In this document: piece by piece, positions 19,322 to 27,451 of the stretch | Numbering within the stretch: the stretch's first letter is position 1 | How the letters are laid out: each line of letters begins with the position of its first letter | Assembly: GCA_039028615.1 (NCBI GenBank) | Contig: JBCCHT010000013.1 | Coordinates: 64,001 to 128,000, forward strand | Direction: 5' to 3' | Source of the DNA: Myxococcota bacterium | GTDB lineage: Bacteria; Myxococcota_A; Polyangia; Nannocystales; Nannocystaceae | Length of the DNA: 64,000 nucleotides | Notes under the pieces: generated by a model | What the model saw: the letters and a program-made list of their open reading frames with translations, nothing else | The model's database searches: none | What the model was told of the DNA's origin: nothing | Position numbers and translations under genes: made by a program

Positions 19322-20681
19322 CGACGTTGGGATCGTCGGCGTACTTCTTGAGCGCGGTCAGAGCCTTCTCCTCGGACTTGTCCATCTCCGCGAGGCTCTC
19401 TTCGACTCGGCCCAGGGCCATCTTGTAGAAGTTGGCGGCGTTGTTCCCTTGCTCGATGCCGATGGCGTACTCGTAGACCTTGCCCTCGGCGAGCAGTAGC
19501 ACGACTTGGCCGGGGCCCATGCCGCGCATCATGACCTTGGGCTCACCGCTCAGGTCGTTGACCTTGTACGCGATGGCCTTGGCCGCCTCGGCGCCACAGG
19601 GCTTGAGCTTGGGCGCTTCGCCCTCGGCGGGAGGCTTGTCGCCCTCGGCCGGAGGAGCACCACACAGGCTGTCGCTCACGGCGACCAGCTGCGCGCCCTT
19701 GGGGCCGAAGGTCACGCCGTACAGCGACGGACCGCCGACCTTCATCACCTTGCCGTAGCCGTGCAGCACCTTGGCCATGAGGCCGAGGTCGTTTTGGAGA
19801 TCGGTGACCTGCTCGTAGAGCTGGAAGGTCGCCTTGACGCCCTGCGGGTCGACCGAGGCGAGCTGCCAGCCGAACAGCTCGCTGATCTGCGGCTGCTTGT
19901 CGAAGGCCTTCGACATGAGGCCCGAGACCTTGTCGGCCGCGGCGGCCGGGTCTTGGGCGACCTCTTTTTTGAGGTCTTCCATGCCTAGGCTGACCGTCTT
20001 GCGGGCCTCGCTGATCTTGCCGACCTGGTCGACCATGACCTTGCCCTTGGCCTTGCCCTGGTCGATCTGCCCTTGCTTGGAGTTGATGGTGTGGCCCAGC
20101 CACCCGCCCACTCCGCCGATACCCGCAGCGATGAGCGCCGCGAAGATCACGATGCCCTTGCCGCCGCGCGGCTTGATCTCGGGGCCGCCGTCGATGAGGC
20201 CGGCGTCGGGATCGAAGCCACCCATGCCACCGCCCGCGCCGAACGGGTTGTCGTCGGTCTGGGTGGGAGCGGGGGCCGCGGGCGCCTGATAGTGCTGCTC
20301 GGCGTGGGCGGCCGCTTGCACGGCGGCCTCGACCGGCTGACCCGGAGGCGGGACGTCGGGCGCGGCGACCTGACCCGGAGGCGGAACCTCGGGCACGGGC
20401 GCGGCGACCTCACCCGGAGGCGGGACGTCGGGCGCGGCGACTTGACCCGGAGGCGGAACCTCGGGGGCAGCGGCAGCGGGCGCGGCGACCTCACCGGGGG
20501 CGGGCACCTCCGGAGCGGCGACCTGTCCGGGGGCCGGCACTTCCGGAGCGGGAGCAGCGGGGGCCGCTACTTGTCCGGGGGCCGGGACCTCGGCAGCGGG
20601 TGCATCCGCGCTCTTGGTCTTCTTGGCGAGGCGCGCCTTGAGGGCGGCCAGATCGGTTCCTGGTTTCTTGGGTTTGCTCAA
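19299..20681 (-). CDS. Hypothetical single-pass membrane protein with Pro/Ala-rich repeats
   Basis: TTG start at 20681 preceded by GGGGGAG; APEVPPPGQVAA repeats; one TM helix; 3' end overlaps the PBP start. Confidence 0.75.
   Translation of the reverse strand: MSKPKKPGTDLAALKARLAKKTKSADAPAAEVPAPGQVAAPAAPAPEVPAPGQVAAPEVPAPGEVAAPAAAAPEVPPPGQVAAPDVPPPGEVAAPVPEVPPPGQVAAPDVPPPGQPVEAAVQAAAHAEQHYQAPAAPAPTQTDDNPFGAGGGMGGFDPDAGLIDGGPEIKPRGGKGIVIFAALIAAGIGGVGGWLGHTINSKQGQIDQGKAKGKVMVDQVGKISEARKTVSLGMEDLKKEVAQDPAAAADKVSGLMSKAFDKQPQISELFGWQLASVDPQGVKATFQLYEQVTDLQNDLGLMAKVLHGYGKVMKVGGPSLYGVTFGPKGAQLVAVSDSLCGAPPAEGDKPPAEGEAPKLKPCGAEAAKAIAYKVNDLSGEPKVMMRGMGPGQVVLLLAEGKVYEYAIGIEQGNNAANFYKMALGRVEESLAEMDKSEEKALTALKKYADDPNVDGSGGDG
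20330..20600 (-). repeat. Coding tandem repeat (A)P(E/D)VP(P/A)PG(Q/E)VAA
   Basis: About 7-8 imperfect copies of ggcgcggcgacct.acccggaggcgg.ac.tcggg. Confidence 0.8.
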
Positions 20682-20800
20682 GGCCTGGTCTCCCCCGGAG
20701 GTGGCGATTGAACGCGTCGGAAGGAAGCGTGCGCTGGAGTCGATCGCGAGCGCGTCAAAGCGGCTTCGTGCGCGACCATAAAGGGGCTTTCCAGCGCGGC

Positions 20801-20830
20801 ACAATAGATACAGCACCGGGCGTGTGTCAA
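20801..20830 (-). promoter_or_regulatory. Sigma70-type promoter
   Basis: Minus strand reads TTGACA-N18-TATTGT, about 120 nt upstream of the TTG start at 20681. Confidence 0.6.
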
Positions 20831-21148
20831 CGCCGCGCACGGGGCTGAGATTGCGGTGCGTGGTCGGCCGAACACGTGCCCCTTGGACGCGAATCGGCCG
20901 GGCGGGGTTGCCGCTTTGTTCGACTGGAACGCATTTAGTTCACGTGATCGGTGGATCGCGATGGGTTTATGCGTCGGTGATGATTGTCTCACCGAGGCCT
21001 GGGAACGAACCGATCCGGGACGTGAATCACAGGCGATCCGCGTTTCACCCCCGTTACACGGCGGCGGTCCGAGTGCGTTCCGAGTTGCGCTCTCGAAGTC
21101 GCCGCCGAGATCGCGTGCCCGTTGGCCTCGCGCTAGGTTGGTCGCAGC

Positions 21149-22507
21149 ATGAGCGGCCAACGTCCGTCACCGCCCGTCCTCGGCGTGTTTGGGGGGGCCT
21201 TCGACCCGCCTCACCTCGGTCACGCCCTGGTGCCCGCCTACCTCCGGCTACGCGGGTTGGCGCAGCGAGTACTGGTGGTGCCGTGCGCCGATCATCCGCT
21301 GGGGAAGGACCTGTCGCCCTTCGAGGAGCGCATCGCGTTGGTGCGGGCCGCGATGAGCACGATGGGTGAGGGCGTCGAGGTCACCGACATCGAGGCTCGG
21401 CTGTTTCAGCAGCACGGGGGCCCGAGCTACACGATCCGCATGCTCGATGCCGTCGAGCAGGAGTACCCGGAGATGGACGTGCGGTTGGTGATCGGCACCG
21501 ACATCGTCTCCGAGGTGCATCGTTGGCACCGCTGGGAGGAGATCGAGCGCCGATTTCGCCCCATCGTGGTGCCACGAGCGGGGCACGCTCCGGCCAACGT
21601 CTGCGCGCTCCCCGAGGTCAGCAGCACGCAGGTGCGGGCGTGGCTGCGGGAGGGCGGTGAACAGGCCGAGGCGGGGCTCGAGGCCAACGTGCCCGCCCCC
21701 GTGCGGGCGTTCTTGCGGCGCAGCACCGAGGCACCGGTGTGGCTGGTGGGGCGCGGGCACGTCACCTCGCACGCCGAGCCCTGGCTACGGGCGCTAGGCC
21801 ATCGCGTGGTGCGGGTCGCGGCGCGAGCCCTGGTTAACGAGGGGAGGCTCCCCGACGAGATGCCCGCCGCGATTTGGGTACTAGCGGCCGATCCCGCCAT
21901 CGTCTCGGTGGCGAAGGCGCTGGCGGCGGCCGAGCTGCCGACCACGGTGCCCGTGCTGCATGGCGCGGGGGCCCGACGGGCGGCCGAAGTGTTGGCACCC
22001 GTGGCCGAGCGGGGTCATCCCGTCGGCACCTTGCACCCGATCTGTAGCCTACGGAGCGAGCGGCCGTGGCCGTCGCGCCTGGGTGAGGCTGCGTTCGGTC
22101 TCGAGGGCGATCCCGCTGCGGTCGAGGTGGCGAAGGCGTGGGTCGGGGGACAGCCGTGGCTCGATCTCCAGGGCTTCGACGATGCGCGTCGCCGGGCCTA
22201 TCACGCCGCGTGTGCGCTGGCGGCCAACCATCTCGCGGTGCCCTACGTCGCGGCCCGTGACGTTTTGCAGGGGCAGGGGCACGAACCCGGGGCGGTCCAG
22301 GGGGCGCTGGCGACACTGCTGCGGAGCTCGCTCGAGAACTTGTTGGCGCAGGGCGTGCCCGCGGGCATCACGGGGCCGGTTTCGCGGGGCGACGAGGCGG
22401 CGGTGCGAGCCCACGTCGCTGCTTTGGACGAGGACACCGCCCAGCTGTATCGCACGCTCAGCGAGCGGCTCGCGGGGATCGTGCGAGCCCATTCGATGCC
22501 CAAGTAA
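21149..22507 (+). CDS. nadD: NadD (nicotinate-nucleotide adenylyltransferase) fused to Rossmann-like + DUF2520 (PanG-like) domains
   Basis: FGGAFDPPHLGH, SYT, IGTD, WHRW, VSSTQVR; then LHGAGA, HPICSL, YHAACALAAN, TGPVSRGD. Confidence 0.85.
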   Translation: MSGQRPSPPVLGVFGGAFDPPHLGHALVPAYLRLRGLAQRVLVVPCADHPLGKDLSPFEERIALVRAAMSTMGEGVEVTDIEARLFQQHGGPSYTIRMLDAVEQEYPEMDVRLVIGTDIVSEVHRWHRWEEIERRFRPIVVPRAGHAPANVCALPEVSSTQVRAWLREGGEQAEAGLEANVPAPVRAFLRRSTEAPVWLVGRGHVTSHAEPWLRALGHRVVRVAARALVNEGRLPDEMPAAIWVLAADPAIVSVAKALAAAELPTTVPVLHGAGARRAAEVLAPVAERGHPVGTLHPICSLRSERPWPSRLGEAAFGLEGDPAAVEVAKAWVGGQPWLDLQGFDDARRRAYHAACALAANHLAVPYVAARDVLQGQGHEPGAVQGALATLLRSSLENLLAQGVPAGITGPVSRGDEAAVRAHVAALDEDTAQLYRTLSERLAGIVRAHSMPK

Positions 22508-22516
22508 CGCCGCCCG

Positions 22517-24838
22517 TCAGGCGAGCACGAGGCGTCCGCTCTGCAGCTCGACCTCGGCGCGTGAACCCGCGCGGAGTCGACCGCGGAGTACCGCCTCGGC
22601 GACGAGCGACTCGACCTCGCGGGTCAGCAGGTGTCGCAGCGGGCGGGCCCCCAGGGCGGGGTCACGACCGGCGAGGCGCACGAGGTGGGTGCAGGCGTCG
22701 TCGGACAACGCGTAGCGGATGCCTCGCTCGCGCAGCAAGCGTTCGCTGGAGTCGTTCGCGAGGCGGCGGCAGATCTTGAGCATCTGGGCCTCGTCCAGCG
22801 GCTGCAAGACCAACGGCGCCTCGATGCGGTTCCACAGCTCGACCGGGAACGCTGCGCGGGCGGTGGCGAGGACCTCGGACTCGTCGAGCTTCGAGGCGTC
22901 GTGGGGCAGCACGCAGTCCGCTCCCAGGTTCGACGTCATGACGATCACCGCGTGGTGGAAGTCCACGGTGCGGCCGCGACCGTCGGTGAGCCGGCCTTCG
23001 TCGAGCACCTGCAGCAGCAGCTGGTGCACCTCGCGGTGAGCCTTTTCGATCTCGTCGAGCAACACCACGCAGTGCGGACGGTGGCGCAGGGGATCGGTCA
23101 GGGCTCCGCCTTGCTCGTGCCCCACGTATCCCGGAGGCGCTCCGACGACGCGTGCGACGGCATGGGACTCGGCGTACTCGCTCATGTCCAGGCGCACCAG
23201 GGCGTCGTTGCGCTCGTAGAGCGCTTCACCGAGGGCCTTGGCGATCTCGGTCTTGCCCACGCCGCTGGGGCCGAGCAGGAGGGTCGACAGCACCGGTCGG
23301 CGGCTGCCGAACCCGGCGCGGTTGCGTCGGATGAGCCGCGAGAGGGTGGACGTGACGTGGTCGTGCCCCACCACGCGGGCGCACAGGCGTTGCTCGAGCT
23401 CGAGCAGCAGCTGGTCGCCTTGGGCCTCGATGCGCGCGGGAGGCAGGCCGCTTCGCTCGCTGACGATGTCGATCCACAGCGAGCGGTCGACCTCGGCCCG
23501 GCGCTCTCGGGTGGCTCGAGCGCACGCCAAATCCAGCAGGTCGAGCGCCCGGCCGGGCATGGCGAGACCGGTCAGGTAGCGCTCGGCGAGGCGTCCCAGC
23601 TCGCCGAGCTTGGCGTCGGGAGCCAGGGGCAGGCCGTGGGCTTCGAGCACGGCCGGGGCGGCCGCGGCCAGGGCATCCGCGAGTTCACCGCGGGGCAGGG
23701 GAGGAAGCGTGATTCGATCGACCGACGCCGCACCGCCCGGCAGCCACAGATCCAGGCGGGCGTGACTCTCGGGAGACGCGACGGTCAGGACGGGAGGCTC
23801 GCGACGGCTCCAGGCGCGGGCGAGCGCGGAGAAGAACGGCGGCACGGCGTCCGACGGCACGCGATCCAGATCGTCGACGATCGCGACGCCACCCGCCTTG
23901 GCGATGGCATCGAGGTCGTGACCGAGGGCTTCCTCGTCGTCATACGCGGTCGCGTGCAGCACGAACACCGGGGCGTCGATGACTCGTGCGAGGTGTCGAG
24001 CGACCAAGCTACGGCCGCTGCCCGGGGCGCCCACGAGTACGGGCGGCCGTGGAGCATGGCGCAGCATCGCGTCGGCGAGCTGGGCGAGGACCGACTCGCG
24101 GCCGTGCAGCGGCGGCAAGGTGCTGCGGTTGACCGACTGGAGCGTGTGTTCGTGGCTCGTGCTGCGATCGGGCACCGCCACAGGGGCGGGTGCCGGGGTC
24201 GGCTCGGCCGACGTCGGCAGGGGGGCGCGGCGGCGACCGACTGGCGCAGCAACGTCCTCCTCGGCGGCCGAGACCTCCGGGAGGTTGGGCTCTTCGGGCG
24301 GCGCCGACTGGCTCGCGCGTTGTCGGCGGCTGCGCCAGGCCCGGTTGCTCGGCGCGGGTTCGCCCGTTGGGCGGGCCTTCGGGGTCCGGCGAGGGCGTTC
24401 ACCCGCGGCGCGAGGGCCCACGGGCTGCGGATCTCGCAAGCGGTCGATGATCGCCCGCCGAAGCGACGCACAGCGCACGCCGAGCCGCTCCAGCAGTTGA
24501 TAACCGTGGCTGTCCGCGCTGCGCACGATGGCCAGCAGCTGCTCGAGATCGGACGACGATGCGCCGCGCTGGGCCAGACGCAGGTGCCAATCCGCGGGTT
24601 CCGCCGCCAGCTCCGCATGCAGCTGGGCCTGGGTCTCGAGTAGCCGCGAGGGATCCACCCCCTGACTGATGAGCATCTCTCGCACAGGAGAACGCCCAGC
24701 AAGCTGCAGGAGCAGATCGCAGGAACAACGGGGGCCGGCCGCCGGGGTCGTCGCGCGCGACCCTGGGGAGCGGACTCGTCGGGATCGCGGCATACCGTCC
24801 ACGGCTCGCACGCTAACGGCTGAGTACGGGCCCACCAA
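22517..24838 (-). CDS. ClpA/ClpB-family AAA+ ATPase with degenerate first ATPase domain
   Basis: Intact NBD2 (GPSGVGKTE, RLDMSEY, GAPPGYVG, LLDEIEKAH, GRLTD, GARPLR); Clp-N-like helices. Start uncertain (24838, 24793 or 24676). Confidence 0.85.
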   Translation of the reverse strand: MVGPYSAVSVRAVDGMPRSRRVRSPGSRATTPAAGPRCSCDLLLQLAGRSPVREMLISQGVDPSRLLETQAQLHAELAAEPADWHLRLAQRGASSSDLEQLLAIVRSADSHGYQLLERLGVRCASLRRAIIDRLRDPQPVGPRAAGERPRRTPKARPTGEPAPSNRAWRSRRQRASQSAPPEEPNLPEVSAAEEDVAAPVGRRRAPLPTSAEPTPAPAPVAVPDRSTSHEHTLQSVNRSTLPPLHGRESVLAQLADAMLRHAPRPPVLVGAPGSGRSLVARHLARVIDAPVFVLHATAYDDEEALGHDLDAIAKAGGVAIVDDLDRVPSDAVPPFFSALARAWSRREPPVLTVASPESHARLDLWLPGGAASVDRITLPPLPRGELADALAAAAPAVLEAHGLPLAPDAKLGELGRLAERYLTGLAMPGRALDLLDLACARATRERRAEVDRSLWIDIVSERSGLPPARIEAQGDQLLLELEQRLCARVVGHDHVTSTLSRLIRRNRAGFGSRRPVLSTLLLGPSGVGKTEIAKALGEALYERNDALVRLDMSEYAESHAVARVVGAPPGYVGHEQGGALTDPLRHRPHCVVLLDEIEKAHREVHQLLLQVLDEGRLTDGRGRTVDFHHAVIVMTSNLGADCVLPHDASKLDESEVLATARAAFPVELWNRIEAPLVLQPLDEAQMLKICRRLANDSSERLLRERGIRYALSDDACTHLVRLAGRDPALGARPLRHLLTREVESLVAEAVLRGRLRAGSRAEVELQSGRLVLA

Positions 24839-24939
24839 GAAACCGACGGAGCCGTCTCACATGCGTTCCACGGCGGGTTGAACGGTGATCTGCGCCGCTT
24901 TTGCCGGGGCCGTGGGTCGGCCTATCCTCCTTGCCGTCC

Positions 24940-25284
24940 ATGGCGCGCTATCAGATCCACGTTTGCGACGGTCCCAGCTGTGGGGTCACCCACGACAGCG
25001 ACGCGCTCGTCGAGCGCCTCGAGAAGGCCATCGCCGACAATCCCAAGCTGACCGGGCGCGTCGGCGTTCGCTGCTACTCCTGCTACGGCCGCTGCGACGA
25101 GGGCCCCAACCTCTTCGTGCAGACGCTCGCCGAGGGGGAGGACGGCGACCAGGAGCCAGAAGAAGACGTGCTCGAGAGCCAGCGAGGCTTCTACCCGGAC
25201 ATGACCGACGACAAGGCTCTGCGCGTGCTCGAGGAGCACTGCGGCGAGGGCAAGGCCATCGAAGGCCTCGTCGACAACTATTGA
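24940..25284 (+). CDS. Thioredoxin-like [2Fe-2S] ferredoxin domain protein
   Basis: VCDGPSC ... CYGRCDEGPN ... FY pattern. Confidence 0.8.
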   Translation: MARYQIHVCDGPSCGVTHDSDALVERLEKAIADNPKLTGRVGVRCYSCYGRCDEGPNLFVQTLAEGEDGDQEPEEDVLESQRGFYPDMTDDKALRVLEEHCGEGKAIEGLVDNY

Positions 25285-25365
25285 GCCGAGGGGCCCGAGC
25301 CGCGGCCGTCATCGCGGGTCGTCGACGGCGGCGCACGACCCCACCGGCTCGGGGCTCGGGAGGCG

Positions 25366-26208
25366 TCAGGCCGAGAACACCTGATCGAGTGCCTCGGCCG
25401 TAGCCGCGCGGCGGATCCACAGCCGAAGCTGTGAACTCGAGGAGCAGGCATCGAGCCGAGCCCGTTGTTCCTCCGTCAGGTCGAGCCTCCGTGCGTTGAG
25501 CAGGCACTGCAGCGCATGTCGTTCACCGTTGAGATTGCCTTCGGCATACAGCCGCTTCGCCCACTCGCTTTGGGGGGTGTACCAATCAAATCCCAGCATG
25601 AGTTCGTTCCTCGTCGTTTGGTCGATCGTTCTCAAAAAGACGTCCCAGTAGACGCCAGCCCGTGGAGGCTCCCGCTCGGTCAACAATCGTCGCAGCACCT
25701 GCCCGATAGTCCGGGCCTCCGGATCACCTCGATGGGTGAGTCCTGAAAGTAGCGTCATTTCCACGCTCGTGCGAGCGTCGAATTGAGTGATCAAGGGGAC
25801 GTCGCCAGGTCCGATGACGATCGGCCGAAGGGCAGTCTGCCCGGTACAAAAGGGACCAGATGCCCATGTGGCAACTTTGGGATCGAGAGCCACGACGACC
25901 AGGAATGCAGGGCAGCGATATCGGTGATGCGCTTCGGCCTGATACGCGGGCCACGACCGTGCCTTGTCTCGATCGATGGAAAGCTGAATCTCGACGATGA
26001 GTACGCATTGGGGGCCGTTTCGAGGACATTGGACGAGAAGCACGAGGTCCGCATCGAGCTCGATCTGTCGACTGAACGAGGCGGCACCTCGGGTGAATTG
26101 CAGCGTGGAAATCTCGGGAAGACCCAAGTCTTTCGTCACACTTCCGAGCAACTCACGGGGTGCCTCACCAAAGAGCTCGACGAGCAGTTGGTGAAGGACG
26201 GAGGGCAT
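25366..26208 (-). CDS. Rpn/YhgA-like PD-(D/E)xK nuclease family protein
   Basis: MPSVLHQLLVELF start, AD...VEIQL motif, KARSWPAY, C-terminal L..WIRRAATAE.L..VF tail; visibly lower GC than its neighbours. Confidence 0.75.
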   Translation of the reverse strand: MPSVLHQLLVELFGEAPRELLGSVTKDLGLPEISTLQFTRGAASFSRQIELDADLVLLVQCPRNGPQCVLIVEIQLSIDRDKARSWPAYQAEAHHRYRCPAFLVVVALDPKVATWASGPFCTGQTALRPIVIGPGDVPLITQFDARTSVEMTLLSGLTHRGDPEARTIGQVLRRLLTEREPPRAGVYWDVFLRTIDQTTRNELMLGFDWYTPQSEWAKRLYAEGNLNGERHALQCLLNARRLDLTEEQRARLDACSSSSQLRLWIRRAATAEALDQVFSA

Positions 26209-26341
26209 GGGACCACACGTTGCGGAAGCCGTTCCACAATGTCCGACGAGTGATTCCAGTCGCTTGGCGAGGGCAACGCTCAAAGTGGCCCACTGGTGGG
26301 CCGTCACCCCGGTCCGCGGATGGGCCACTTCAGGTGAAACG

Positions 26342-26371
26342 AAAAGTGCCAGTCGATCACTGGCACTTTTT
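26342..26371 (-). terminator. Intrinsic (possibly bidirectional) terminator
   Basis: AAAAGTGCCAGT-CGATC-ACTGGCACTTTT perfect inverted repeat just after the dehydratase stop. Confidence 0.8.
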
Positions 26372-26386
26372 GTTACGGCTTCCGAC

Positions 26387-27394
26387 TCAGCCCGTTGAGC
26401 GTTCGAGCCATGCCTGACCGGCCACGACATGCTCGGCGAAGGCGCGCGGCTCGACGTTGGCCCCGCAGACGATCAGACCCACGCGCTTGCCGGCCAACCT
26501 CTCGCGGAGCGGACCGAGCAGCGCGGCCGTCGTGGCGGCCCCGGCCGGCTCGACCGCGAGCTTCATTTCCTCGAACAGCAGCGCCATCGCTCCGCGCAGC
26601 TCGTCGTCGTCGACCTTGACCAGCTCGTCCAGGTAGCGACGACACAGACCAAAGCTGTAGTCGGCGGCGTACGGTGCCCCCAGGCTGTTGGCGATGGTCT
26701 GCACTTTGTCGATCGACTCCGGCTTCCCGGCGGCGAAGCTGCGGTGCATCGAGTCGGCGCCCGTGGGCTCCACCCCATAGACGGCGGTGTCCGGCGAGCA
26801 CTGCTTGACCGCCGCGGCAATGCCTGCCGCCAGCCCGCCGCCGCCGATGGGCACGATGACCGCGTCCAGTCCTGGCGCTTGCTCGACCAGCTCGAGGCCC
26901 ACCGTCGCCGTGCCCAGAGCCACCGTGTAGCCCTCGAACGGATGCACGAAGGTCCGGCCTTCCTCGGACTCGATACGTTTCGCTTCTTCAAAGGCGCGAT
27001 GCACATCGTCGACCAGCACCACCTCGGCGCCCAAGCGACGGCACCGGGCGATGCGAGCGGGGTCGGCCGATCGCGGCATGACCACCTTCGCCGTGCTGTC
27101 TTGCTGTCCCGCGGCAAAGGCCACGGCCATGGCGTGGTTGCCCGCACTCACGGCCGTCACGCCGCGCGCACGGTGATCGGCGTCGAGGTCCATCAAGTGC
27201 AGCAGCGCGGCGCGGGCCTTGAAGCTCCCCGTGGCCTGCAGAGCCTCGACCTTGAGCACGACCTCACCCGCGGCGCCGAAGCGCTCGCGCAGGCGGGGGC
27301 CCTCCCAGGACCACACGGGCGTGGTTTGCACCGCGGTGCCCAGGCGGGCACGAGCCTGACGGATCTGCTCGGGAGTGGGAGCGGCGTCGGTCAT
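26387..27394 (-). CDS. PLP-dependent threonine/serine dehydratase family protein
   Basis: TGSFKAR (PLP Lys), SAGNH, HPF, PIGGGGL, EPAGA, CGAN. Confidence 0.92.
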   Translation of the reverse strand: MTDAAPTPEQIRQARARLGTAVQTTPVWSWEGPRLRERFGAAGEVVLKVEALQATGSFKARAALLHLMDLDADHRARGVTAVSAGNHAMAVAFAAGQQDSTAKVVMPRSADPARIARCRRLGAEVVLVDDVHRAFEEAKRIESEEGRTFVHPFEGYTVALGTATVGLELVEQAPGLDAVIVPIGGGGLAAGIAAAVKQCSPDTAVYGVEPTGADSMHRSFAAGKPESIDKVQTIANSLGAPYAADYSFGLCRRYLDELVKVDDDELRGAMALLFEEMKLAVEPAGAATTAALLGPLRERLAGKRVGLIVCGANVEPRAFAEHVVAGQAWLERSTG

Positions 27395-27451
27395 CGCGGC
27401 GCAGAGTACACCGCAGGCTGCCCGCGGGCGGTACGGAAACGAGAGCCTCCG

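Noticed and set aside
25366..26208. Rpn-like gene as an IS element
   Set aside because: No terminal inverted repeats or target-site duplication flank the gene, and the family is not shown to transpose.
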